Below are positions 1 through 8,870 of a stretch of DNA of 64,000 bases, piece by piece; within the stretch, counting starts at the first letter, position 1, and the number at the start of each line of letters is the position of its first letter. Below the pieces are notes generated by a model. It searched no databases. It worked only from the letters and a program-made list of their open reading frames with translations, and was not told where the DNA came from. Location of the stretch: positions 372,001-436,000 of the IMG/VR virus record IMGVR_UViG_3300024239_000011, one strand, 5' to 3'. Made by a program: the position numbers and the translations under genes.

Positions 1-192
1 GGCGCTTCCACACGTCGGGCAACACGGAATGTCATCACCATGGATCACGTGCCAACATTTTCGCTGCAAACACCAATCATCGGGATACATCACCAAATAG
101 GTCGCAAGTTCTTCCCAGTGATCCCACTTAGGAAGGTTGTACCATTTCATACGATTTGACGTATTAAGGTAATCAATAAGACGCGATTTCAT
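1..192 (-). CDS. 5' part of a gene running off the window edge; zinc-ribbon N-terminus typical of phage free-standing endonuclease-like proteins
   Basis: Manual translation MKSRLIDYLNTSNRMKWYNLPKWDHWEELATYLVMYPDDWCLQRKCWHVIHGDDIPCCPTCGSA; SD GGAGA just upstream; TATAAATA at 236-243. Confidence 0.5.
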   Translation of the reverse strand, partial: MKSRLIDYLNTSNRMKWYNLPKWDHWEELATYLVMYPDDWCLQRKCWHVIHGDDIPCCPTCGSA

Positions 193-202
193 GGTGTTCT
201 CC

Positions 203-243
203 ATAGTCAGGTGGACTTTTAGTTGTCCACCTGACTATTTATA
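203..243 (-). promoter_or_regulatory. T4-like late promoter overlapping a 14-bp inverted repeat that abuts the SD
   Basis: atagtcaggtggac (203-216) / gtccacctgactat (225-238); TATAAATA on the minus strand at 236-243. Confidence 0.65.
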
Positions 244-252
244 CAACTTCCG

Positions 253-1362
253 TCAAGCTTCTAATATAAGTTCTTCGTATTTATCAGAAAACCACTCCCA
301 GTTGCGCATCAAATCCGGCATAAACGGTAGGTTCTCTGACTTCAACGCGATACGTACAGCCAGGATGATCATTTCGCGCTGGAAGTTCTTGTCCACGAAA
401 GCGAGGAAGTTGTCAGCCATTTCGAACCACGGCGTCAAATCGCTGCGGTCCTGGGCAAGCTTCAACTGCTTCTTCAACTCGTAGCACAGCGAAGTGGTCA
501 GCGAATACTTCACATCAAGACGGAGATCGGAGGGGATCGTCTTACGTTCACCAGTAAGAATGGTGATGGCGCGCGGTAGCTTGACCGTGTGACGCAGAAC
601 CGCCATGAAACGCAGGGCGGCGGCATCACCGACGCAACCAGCGATCCACTTCAGAAGGTCTTCGTCCTGCTGGGGCGACATTTCTTCCGTGAATTCTTCG
701 TCCCACAGCGCCTCGGACACGAACGACCATGTGCGAGGGGTCTGGAAACCACGGCTGGCAGAGCGAGGATTGAACTGGAAAAGATCGTCTTCTTTGGCGC
801 TCAAATAACCAACCACGTCCGGATGGATGCCGTTTTCATATGCCCACTTCTGCCAATCCGGGAACCAACGCATAAGCTCAAAATGTACCAGACGGTTGGC
901 AAGGGCGCTCGGCATGCTAACCGCAACAGCGCGGTCAGATTCGCGGTTACCAGCGGCTAGGAGGGCGCAATTCGGCGGGAGGTGGTATTCACCGATCTTG
1001 CGATCCAACACCCACTGTAGCGCCGCGCCCATGACCATCTTCGGGGCAGCGTTGATTTCGTCCAAGAAAATGATTGCGGAGCTATCGGGATCATCCGGCA
1101 ATTCGCTCGGATGTGCGTATTCCATCTTGTTGGTTTTTGGGTTGTAGAACGGAATGCCGCGAAGGTCGCTGGCTTCCTTGAGCAGCAAACGAATATCAAT
1201 GACCGGACGGTTCTGTTCTATTGCAATCTGCTTAACGATATCAGATTTGCCTAGACCCGGCGGACCCCAGATCATAGCAGGACGCTTGAGGCGAATCGAC
1301 TTGCGTAGCTGGCGCTTCAACGCGCTGGGGATAACGCGAAGAGGTTCGTGCGACGTACTCAT
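253..1362 (-). CDS. MoxR/CobS-like AAA+ ATPase
   Basis: Walker A WGPPGLGKS, Walker B IIFLDE, AGN sensor, ALANR arginine finger; start placed at MSTSHE after GGAAGG. Confidence 0.85.
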   Translation of the reverse strand: MSTSHEPLRVIPSALKRQLRKSIRLKRPAMIWGPPGLGKSDIVKQIAIEQNRPVIDIRLLLKEASDLRGIPFYNPKTNKMEYAHPSELPDDPDSSAIIFLDEINAAPKMVMGAALQWVLDRKIGEYHLPPNCALLAAGNRESDRAVAVSMPSALANRLVHFELMRWFPDWQKWAYENGIHPDVVGYLSAKEDDLFQFNPRSASRGFQTPRTWSFVSEALWDEEFTEEMSPQQDEDLLKWIAGCVGDAAALRFMAVLRHTVKLPRAITILTGERKTIPSDLRLDVKYSLTTSLCYELKKQLKLAQDRSDLTPWFEMADNFLAFVDKNFQREMIILAVRIALKSENLPFMPDLMRNWEWFSDKYEELILEA

Positions 1363-1455
1363 TAAAAATCCTTCCACCAAATGCCATGCGGTAAACCCGC
1401 GCAAACAGTTGATGGAGGATCACATAGCCGGTAATCCGGTGTCACTAAACTTTTT

Positions 1456-2871
1456 TTACTTGAATTCGCGCACAAATTCTAAGAAATCATCAGCGGGCAT
1501 CGGGCGTGCAAAGTAATATCCTTGAACAATGCGGACGTTATGCTGACGCATAAAATCAATTTGTGCTTCTGTTTCCACACCTTCTGCAACCATTTCGAGA
1601 TCAAGACTTTTGGCAATGGAAATAATCGCCTCGACTAACTTGGTATTTCCAGAAAGCACTTTATCAACAAACGATTTATCAATCTTCAAAACGTCTAGTG
1701 GAAATTCTGATAGATAGGCAAGGCTAGACCACCCAGTACCAAAATCGTCAATCGCGATGGTAACACCCAACTTACGCAGATGACGCAATACCGTAATGGC
1801 ATTGTGCTGGTTGCTCATAAAACTACTTTCGGTAATTTCCAGTTCAAGATTGGCTGGTGAAATTCCAGTTTCCAACAAGACATCACGAACATTACGTTCA
1901 AGTGAATTATGGACAAACTGTTGCGGTGCAACGTTCACTGCTAATTTAAGATCGATGCCATGTCCAGATAATACTTTGGCAAACTCACACGCTTTCCGCA
2001 ATACTAGCTGCCCAATAGCATCCACCATTCCCGAATCCTCTGCCACCGGAATAAATTTACCGGGCGGTATCATCTCACCGTTGAAATACCAGCGCACTAA
2101 GGCTTCCATCCCAACTACTCGTTTTTCGGTAATATCAATCTTTGGTTGATAATAGACGTGAAAGGTTTCCGGTTCATTTTCAAGGCAATACCGCAAATTC
2201 TGCTCAATAAAACGGCGTTCTTGGAAATTATCACTCATCTGTAAATTGAAAAATTCATAACGGTTTTTACCGTTAATTTTTGCTTCGTATAACGACATAT
2301 CTGCATACCGAACCAAATCGGTTACTGAATACGCATCATGAGGGAAAATCGCAATACCAATGCTGGCAGTGACTTCAAGATGATCACCGTCCATGGGTAT
2401 CGGTTCCAAAACTCTGTGAAGAATGTAGTTGGCCGTTTCGATAATTTCAGTAGTATCATATAATTGATCAATAATAATGGCGAACTCATCACCACCAATA
2501 CGAGCTACAGTTGCTTGCCGATTTATTACGGCACTCGAAATACGGTGCCCCAACTGTTGAATAAGGTAATCACCTTTTACATGCCCCATGGTATCATTAA
2601 GGTGCTTAAAACCATCAATATCAACGTACATTAAGCAAAAAGGGGATTCTGCATGGCGAACTAAATCATCAAGTTTGTCGAAAAATGCTGATCGATTGGG
2701 CATGTCCGTAAGGGGATCAATCCCAGATACCATCGCGATCCGATCCCGTAATTTCACATTATCAGCAACCACATCGCATGAGGTACAGTTGGGTTTGCAC
2801 TGTCTTATAATTACATGCAGACATCCAATCGAAAACGTCATAAAGGCGATGATGACTAAATGTTCCAGCAC
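1456..2871 (-). CDS. Diguanylate cyclase/phosphodiesterase (N-terminal TM + GGDEF + EAL)
   Basis: DPLTDMPNR, DIDGFKHLND, ARIGGDEF; EALVRW, LEITE, DDFGTG, LKID, AEGVE, QGY. Confidence 0.95.
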   Translation of the reverse strand: MLEHLVIIAFMTFSIGCLHVIIRQCKPNCTSCDVVADNVKLRDRIAMVSGIDPLTDMPNRSAFFDKLDDLVRHAESPFCLMYVDIDGFKHLNDTMGHVKGDYLIQQLGHRISSAVINRQATVARIGGDEFAIIIDQLYDTTEIIETANYILHRVLEPIPMDGDHLEVTASIGIAIFPHDAYSVTDLVRYADMSLYEAKINGKNRYEFFNLQMSDNFQERRFIEQNLRYCLENEPETFHVYYQPKIDITEKRVVGMEALVRWYFNGEMIPPGKFIPVAEDSGMVDAIGQLVLRKACEFAKVLSGHGIDLKLAVNVAPQQFVHNSLERNVRDVLLETGISPANLELEITESSFMSNQHNAITVLRHLRKLGVTIAIDDFGTGWSSLAYLSEFPLDVLKIDKSFVDKVLSGNTKLVEAIISIAKSLDLEMVAEGVETEAQIDFMRQHNVRIVQGYYFARPMPADDFLEFVREFK

Positions 2872-3245
2872 AACACAGCTTTCTTCATTGAAATTAATTG
2901 ATTTAGGTCGCCATCCAGCATTTTTAGCATCACCCCGTCACGTGGATGATACACGCTAATTTTGCGACTCTCGATAAAATATGGAAGATGCATATTGTGA
3001 TTAAGGTAAACAAGGTGTTTCGGCAGCACCTCAAAATCAGAAGGCATGTCAATAACATAACAATCAAAGAACCGTGACAATATTTCATGCCCTGTTTTGG
3101 TAAGAAGCAAACTAGACCCCTTCCCTCGGTTCTGAAACATCATCTTCAAAGCAATTGAGGTATCGACCCGTAAAATTTCCGTGTCGATACCTCGATTATA
3201 TGCTTGCTCTCGGATGAGTTTGATTATTCGTTCTTGTACACGCAT
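2856..3245 (-). CDS. Hypothetical phage protein
   Basis: 129-aa ORF; TAAATA ends 5 nt before the ATG. Confidence 0.65.
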   Translation of the reverse strand: MRVQERIIKLIREQAYNRGIDTEILRVDTSIALKMMFQNRGKGSSLLLTKTGHEILSRFFDCYVIDMPSDFEVLPKHLVYLNHNMHLPYFIESRKISVYHPRDGVMLKMLDGDLNQLISMKKAVLCWNI

Positions 3246-3262
3246 GACCCTATTTATGGGTT

Positions 3263-3583
3263 TTATCGGGGCTTGTCCTCATCACTTTCAACATCACTTT
3301 CAGCAATACGCTCACCCGTAACCAGCTTAAATACGGAAAATTTATCCGTCTTGAAAATCTTGTTGAGCTTTTCAGCAAGATTGAAAGCATGACCAGGGTT
3401 AGAAAAACTTACTTTTTTATACTTCGGACCCGGATAATCAAGCAACGAATGAAGGCTACGAAGATTGATTGGGCGACCATCGTAAAAAACAGCGTAAATT
3501 GCCTCTGCCTCCAATACCTGTTCGGACTTGAAGGTTTTTGGATCAGTAAAGTTGAGCAAAATTTTCGGCTTTGGTCTGCTCAT
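3263..3583 (-). CDS. Conserved jumbo-phage hypothetical protein (MSRPKP...YPGPKYKKVSFSNPGHA family)
   Basis: Recalled as common in GAP32/RAK2-like jumbo phages; SD and two upstream TAAATA motifs (3612, 3649). Confidence 0.75.
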   Translation of the reverse strand: MSRPKPKILLNFTDPKTFKSEQVLEAEAIYAVFYDGRPINLRSLHSLLDYPGPKYKKVSFSNPGHAFNLAEKLNKIFKTDKFSVFKLVTGERIAESDVESDEDKPR

Positions 3584-3717
3584 ATTCTCTTCCTCTAAAC
3601 AGTGGCAGGGGTATTTAGTACCTCCCGGCTACTGCTTAACTCCCGTTGTATTTAGTGAAGAAACCCAAAACCACATACACTTTCATTGCACCGCACCAAA
3701 TCATCATGTACATATAA

Positions 3718-3743
3718 CAAGAGCCGCTTTAAAGCGGCTCTTG
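3718..3743. terminator. Probable intrinsic terminator hairpin
   Basis: Palindrome caagagccgcttt/aaagcggctcttg just past the glutaredoxin stop. Confidence 0.6.
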
Positions 3744-3752
3744 TATTGTGTT

Positions 3753-4016
3753 TTAGGACACCCCTAATCTCGTTTCGATCCCAGACTCGACCAGCCTATC
3801 ATAACCACCAATTACCTGTTCCGACCCATCGTTCTCAACAACCACGATATGCGGCACGGTACGAACGGCGGGGTAGCGTTCCACAAACTGCTGGCGAATG
3901 GTCGGGTCGTTCAATGACTTCTCAACATACGCGATTCCTTTCTGGGACAGCCAAGTTTTGGCTTTCACACAGTAAGAGCAACTTGTGGTAGAATATACTA
4001 CAACTTCAGACATCAT
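3753..4016 (-). CDS. Glutaredoxin
   Basis: CSYC active site, RTVP cis-Pro motif, IGGYD. Confidence 0.9.
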   Translation of the reverse strand: MMSEVVVYSTTSCSYCVKAKTWLSQKGIAYVEKSLNDPTIRQQFVERYPAVRTVPHIVVVENDGSEQVIGGYDRLVESGIETRLGVS

Positions 4017-4088
4017 ATTATCCTCGTTCTTGTTTTGTTCTATCAATTAGGAGGTGGGTGGAATTTATCCACCCACCGGGAAAAGTTA

Positions 4089-4994
4089 CTATTCGATTTC
4101 CCCAAATGCACTATAACACAAGGGTTCCTCGGTATCGATCTGAACCACGCGGTATTCCTCCAACCGGTCAGACCCAATATCACCCGTCTCGGTGGCGTTA
4201 CCTCGGGGGTGGCAAACACACCGCATTCCATTGATTACGCTATCAAATCGCGTATGAGTATGTCCAAAGGTCCACAATGCGATTTTGTTATTTACATCAA
4301 GGGCGCGTACAGTTGCCATATGTGAGTTGCCATACATACCGTTGGCGGGATCGTTCTTTCGCCAGGAAAGACACCGGGGATCGGGGGCACTATGCGTTGA
4401 ACAAACGATCTTACGCACCGCCTGATCATTCTGCACCGCACGAACGATCTCACCCAACGCAAATGCCTGAGCAGCGGCAAAAAACTCCGGTCCCTGTGAT
4501 CCAAAATTCATATAATAGTCGCCGCTGCCACCCACACGCACTTTGGTGCCTGTCTCAGGACAATCCACGAACTTCCCGCGCCATGCTTCCTTTGCCAACG
4601 CAGCGGTGTAATACGTCCCAGCACCAAAGGCAAAGTCGTACCAACCATTACATCCGGTAAACAATACATCACCCACTAGAATAGGCGATGCTCCATCGTG
4701 GTAGTGAACGCCCATAGCAGCGCATTCCTCACGGAACAACATCATCGCCGCGTCTATAGAGACGTTCATAACCATATTGAGGTAATAGTGATCGTGGTTC
4801 CCATCCACAAAGATCACAATTTCGTAATGCTCACGAGCATTACGAAGAATCTTCAACGTTTCACGATAGTCGTTGGAAATATCCCCACCGATGATCAGTA
4901 CCGATGACCCCGAATTCTTCCATACCGACCAATCCACGGATGCGGTACCACCCCATTTGTCACAGTGAAGATCGGAGCAAAGATCAATGAGCAT
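4089..4994 (-). CDS. Calcineurin-like metallophosphoesterase
   Basis: SDLH, GGD, GNHD, THSAP and GHTH motifs. Confidence 0.9.
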   Translation of the reverse strand: MLIDLCSDLHCDKWGGTASVDWSVWKNSGSSVLIIGGDISNDYRETLKILRNAREHYEIVIFVDGNHDHYYLNMVMNVSIDAAMMLFREECAAMGVHYHDGASPILVGDVLFTGCNGWYDFAFGAGTYYTAALAKEAWRGKFVDCPETGTKVRVGGSGDYYMNFGSQGPEFFAAAQAFALGEIVRAVQNDQAVRKIVCSTHSAPDPRCLSWRKNDPANGMYGNSHMATVRALDVNNKIALWTFGHTHTRFDSVINGMRCVCHPRGNATETGDIGSDRLEEYRVVQIDTEEPLCYSAFGEIE

Positions 4995-5027
4995 TGGGTT
5001 TAACTCTCAGCAATACAAGCTGATATA

Positions 5028-5258
5028 TTACGACCCAATCCGTCCGCCGTCAATAACAATCGTCCCGGTTGCAATCGCATTTTGCGGCGGTACTGCCCCA
5101 GACAGCCGGTCGTTCAATTGCACGTTCTTCAGAAGCAACTCGTTAATTGCGCCAACCAATTCAGCCGCTTGCGGCATAGGAATGGTCATTTCACGGCTAC
5201 CAGCCTGAACACATTGGTTAAATCGTCTTAGAAATTTTTCAACTGCTTCAATTTTCAT
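5028..5258 (-). CDS. Hypothetical protein
   Basis: 76-aa ORF translationally coupled to the upstream gene. Confidence 0.6.
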   Translation of the reverse strand: MKIEAVEKFLRRFNQCVQAGSREMTIPMPQAAELVGAINELLLKNVQLNDRLSGAVPPQNAIATGTIVIDGGRIGS

Positions 5259-5706
5259 CTTGTGATTTTTCCACTCTTAATGACTTGGGAATATAGTATT
5301 CCCGATGATCAACCTCATGGACATCCGTCTTGTCATTCGACCATCCCGAAACAATAAATCCATCACGAGATACAACATAGGTAAAATCATGAATAGCACT
5401 GAAATGATGCACCCTCACCACCAGTTTTTGAATAATACCGGTTTGATTGCGACTAAACTTGTCAAGTAACTCATGTACTTCAACAAGAGTGGCATTTTTA
5501 CCAGTCAAATCTCGCTTCGTCGGGGTGGGAATAAAATCTCCATTCTGAATTAATCTACGATCCTCAAGAAGCTGTTCAACACCATGATAGGTTACCCCCA
5601 ATTCATCGGGAAGTTGTTGAAAAAAATTAGTAGCCATTGTGACAATGTTTTCTGGCAACCATAATCCGACGTGATAGCGCCGAACAGTCTTCTTTCGAGA
5701 TTTCAT
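5248..5706 (-). CDS. Hypothetical phage protein (possibly a small RNase-like alpha/beta fold)
   Basis: 152-aa ORF with ATGA overlap to RNase H; YH...TYH...DR...KLVVR...WxNxxxDxH pattern. Confidence 0.6.
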   Translation of the reverse strand: MKSRKKTVRRYHVGLWLPENIVTMATNFFQQLPDELGVTYHGVEQLLEDRRLIQNGDFIPTPTKRDLTGKNATLVEVHELLDKFSRNQTGIIQKLVVRVHHFSAIHDFTYVVSRDGFIVSGWSNDKTDVHEVDHREYYIPKSLRVEKSQDEN

Positions 5707-6674
5707 GCGCGATAGCCCGCAGCAAACATATCAGTAAACTCCGCTGATCCTTTTGAGATCATGTCCAAACTCCATTTACCACAGAATTTGAGAAAATGGG
5801 TACCGATTTGTGCTCGCTGATGGGGCTGTTTCGCCTCTTCGATTATTGCATCCATGAGTTGTTTTATTTCGACGGGCTGAGCATTAAGGTCAATCAACTC
5901 ACGGTTACGCTCATAATCCTTTTTAACACGATGGGTTTTCTTCTCATGATCCTCCCACTCGTGATTCATCACGTTGTTCCACGAGAACCCTTTACGGTGT
6001 CGGTCCTCGTATGCTTCCTGAAGCACCGTTGTACGCACGCCAGGATATGCCGAAAAAACATTATCCGAGGTATCTCCCCGAATGCATTTTTCAAATAAAA
6101 TCCATTCGGGGTCTGGTGGGCGAACCGGCTCCTTCGATTTTTTGTCCATTACCGGTTCGCCCTTGTCATCAAAGAACCCATCAAGGGAAATGGTTTCCTG
6201 CTTCATGCCGTCATAGATTTGAACGTTCTTCGCCAGAAGTTGGCGGAAGTCAGTATCCGAAGAAACGATGATATGCTCAGCCTCCGGGTGTTGTCGTATC
6301 CACCCGGCTACGAGGTCATCCGCTTCAAGGATATCACACTTCAGTACCGTCACATTAGTACGGTCGCGCACGAAATCCGTCAGTGCCTCAAGAGCATTGT
6401 AAAACACTTTGTCTTCTGCTCGTTCCTCAGGGGTTTTAGCAGAATCCTTTTCCGCGCGATTTGCCTTGTAGGGGGCATAAATTTCTTTACGCCAGCTACG
6501 CCCATCCAAGGCAATTACAAGATGAACAGTACCAAACATACGCCACGCTTTACGAACACTGTTCAGGATCAAATGTAATGCCATGCTCCCTTTTTCCGAT
6601 GGGTCATTCGCCTTGATGACGTGACGGCAGCGGTGGAACATGTTATTCAGGTCAACAAGCAGGTACTTAGCCAT
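5703..6674 (-). CDS. rnh: T4-like RNase H / 5'-3' flap exonuclease
   Basis: LLVD, ALDG.SWRK, YKANR, EADD, SSDTD and RGDTSDN motifs. Confidence 0.9.
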   Translation of the reverse strand: MAKYLLVDLNNMFHRCRHVIKANDPSEKGSMALHLILNSVRKAWRMFGTVHLVIALDGRSWRKEIYAPYKANRAEKDSAKTPEERAEDKVFYNALEALTDFVRDRTNVTVLKCDILEADDLVAGWIRQHPEAEHIIVSSDTDFRQLLAKNVQIYDGMKQETISLDGFFDDKGEPVMDKKSKEPVRPPDPEWILFEKCIRGDTSDNVFSAYPGVRTTVLQEAYEDRHRKGFSWNNVMNHEWEDHEKKTHRVKKDYERNRELIDLNAQPVEIKQLMDAIIEEAKQPHQRAQIGTHFLKFCGKWSLDMISKGSAEFTDMFAAGYRA

Positions 6675-7493
6675 TTAGCCAATCTCAGTTTTACCGTCTT
6701 CGCGTCGGAAAACGCGGACATGTGATGCCGAAGTTACGAAGGCGTCAGTGGCTTCGTCGGTGTCATCGCCAATCGAGCGGCAGATGTCCTCAAACCAACG
6801 ATCCACAATCATACGGTCAGTGAACCCAGTATACCCGGACGCCGTAAGGGTATCGATGAACTTATCATTCCAGTCCAATTCGAAGTACAACCCATTGACG
6901 CCAAGTTCTGGGTCATACTCACTGTCGATGACCCCAATATAAGGCTTGCCCTGAAGGGTCGCCACTTCCTTGTCATGCTGATGTTGAGTGATCTTCCCCG
7001 CAGCCAGATCAATTCCATGAAGCGCGACTTTTAAATCCACGCTGTCTTCAGCATGCGTCGCCTTGGCTACCTCGGTATCATGGGTGTATCGGTCGATTTC
7101 GCCATGGCGCAACTTAATACCCAATTCACCAATAACGCGGTCGCGGTCACTGTGTTTGTAATTGATAGCATTGGATGCCATCTCGAAATCACGTTCATTG
7201 ATACGCTGATGTTCAAACTCAACAATCAACCGCGCCAATTCGCGTGTATCACCCTCTGGATATTTTAAATCCAGAACCGCAAGATCATATTCGTATTGAC
7301 TGATCTTTTCATATTTCAGATCAAGTCCCAGATTGAGCATTTTGTATTCGAACGACCCAGTTTCATGATCAATTTCGATCATGCGGCGCTCAAGTGCTTC
7401 GCCGGTAAGATAGTATTCAGCTTCCGCACGAGCGCGGGTCTTACCCTTAAGCCCCCAACTGGCGGGCCATACAGAAAATGGTAATTTAAACAT
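6675..7493 (-). CDS. Conserved jumbo-phage hypothetical protein with about four internal ~35-aa helical repeats
   Basis: Repeats KISQYEYD / RINERDFE / EIDRYTHD / KITQHQHD; C-terminal FELDWNDKF...DRWF; TAAATA at 7532. Confidence 0.7.
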   Translation of the reverse strand: MFKLPFSVWPASWGLKGKTRARAEAEYYLTGEALERRMIEIDHETGSFEYKMLNLGLDLKYEKISQYEYDLAVLDLKYPEGDTRELARLIVEFEHQRINERDFEMASNAINYKHSDRDRVIGELGIKLRHGEIDRYTHDTEVAKATHAEDSVDLKVALHGIDLAAGKITQHQHDKEVATLQGKPYIGVIDSEYDPELGVNGLYFELDWNDKFIDTLTASGYTGFTDRMIVDRWFEDICRSIGDDTDEATDAFVTSASHVRVFRREDGKTEIG

Positions 7494-7561
7494 AACAACC
7501 TCATAGAGTGTGTGAAGTTAAGTGTGTGTTTTATTTAGCTTTCAGAAATCACCACTCTAGT

Positions 7562-7608
7562 ATTTCATGGTTTCTTGCTCGTTCGCACGGGACAAGAAAC
7601 CATGAAAT
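7562..7608. repeat. 16-bp perfect inverted repeat (terminator or processing stem)
   Basis: atttcatggtttcttg (7562-7577) / caagaaaccatgaaat (7593-7608), just past the stop of the clamp-like gene. Confidence 0.7.
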
Positions 7609-7615
7609 GTACATA

Positions 7616-8359
7616 TTATTGGTTCTTTTTGGATGGAAGGATGTAGTTGTAGACCGCCAAACCAGATTCGATGGCGATCTGAAGGGCACCTTTGTCGGTA
7701 ATGCTCATAGTGCAATCCGCACCATCACTCAGACGAAGAATCTGAAGTGTTTGAGAAATTGGGAATGCCAGCGGGGCACGCAACGTACCCAGAACACCCT
7801 TCTCAAAAACCATAGTACCCTTGTGGCTGGCAGCTTCGGGATCACCGAAGAAAATCACCAAATCACCGTCAACCGTATTGATCTGGAAATGGGTTTCCTG
7901 GCTGGAATACATACCCGCACGCTGGGCAAATTCCTTTATCATTGACTTTGTGGGTGCGATTTCCACGTTCCACGAAGCACCAAGGAACTTCGGCTGTTCC
8001 GGGATGACTTCTTTCGCCATCAGGCGATAATGATCTTTTGAACCCGCTTCGTCCTTGAAAATAATCTCTTCAGCAATGTTTTCACCACCACGATCACGAT
8101 ACTTCACCGAAACGGTAGCACCATCGGTCTTGTAATTCGGAAATTCAACCAATTGCTTGAGCAAGCCAAGATTAGTCAGACCGAAAACCCCTTTTAAATC
8201 CGCAAGCGGATCAATCAAGTGTCCCTTGATAATAACAGACTTATCAGAAGCCAAAGATTCGATTTCAGTTGCAGTATCACTACCAATGACCTTGACTATT
8301 TCGATGAAGCCAAGAGCGCCGCCAGTATGTTTCACGATGTCACGGAGTTCATTACGCAT
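7616..8359 (-). CDS. Probable DNA polymerase sliding clamp (gp45-like)
   Basis: 247 aa, beta-rich two-domain pattern, FGLTNL and terminal YNYILP; lies between the polymerase and RNase H. Confidence 0.6.
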   Translation of the reverse strand: MRNELRDIVKHTGGALGFIEIVKVIGSDTATEIESLASDKSVIIKGHLIDPLADLKGVFGLTNLGLLKQLVEFPNYKTDGATVSVKYRDRGGENIAEEIIFKDEAGSKDHYRLMAKEVIPEQPKFLGASWNVEIAPTKSMIKEFAQRAGMYSSQETHFQINTVDGDLVIFFGDPEAASHKGTMVFEKGVLGTLRAPLAFPISQTLQILRLSDGADCTMSITDKGALQIAIESGLAVYNYILPSKKNQ

Positions 8360-8485
8360 TTTCAGAGCCTTTATTATCCAGTTTGTTTGGTTCTAAGCGT
8401 TCAGCCTTTTGGCCGTCAATTTTTAAATCGTCGCTTCTTCGACATGCGCCGCCCGACGCGAGAAAATTGTGATTGATGGGTTCCA

Positions 8486-8860
8486 TCATTTCACGGCATC
8501 CCCGTATTTGATCTGAAGCTCTTCAAGAAGTTTCCGCTCCGCTTCTTCACTTGCGAGTTTCTTTTTGGCTTTACGCGCCAATGCTTTCATTTCACGATCT
8601 TTGCGTGCTTTTTCTTCTTTACGTTTCTCAGCAAGTATCCACTCTTTATACTGCTCTACGGTCTCACATATGAACTTATTCGGGTCTACGGGTGTCTCAA
8701 TAACAATAAAATCGTATTTGTGGCTCGCTTGTTTGAGTAGTTGAAAAGTTTCGTCATCAACTTCAGCAAAATCCGTGAACTTTGTTATGATCCATGGTTC
8801 ATAAGCATCATCATAACCATACCCAGCGGATTGCCCCAAAATTATTGCTACTTTATGCAT
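8486..8860 (-). CDS. Hypothetical protein with charged coiled-coil C-terminus
   Basis: ORF with SD GAGG upstream of MHKVA. Confidence 0.6.
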   Translation of the reverse strand: MHKVAIILGQSAGYGYDDAYEPWIITKFTDFAEVDDETFQLLKQASHKYDFIVIETPVDPNKFICETVEQYKEWILAEKRKEEKARKDREMKALARKAKKKLASEEAERKLLEELQIKYGDAVK

Positions 8861-8870
8861 GTGATGTGCC

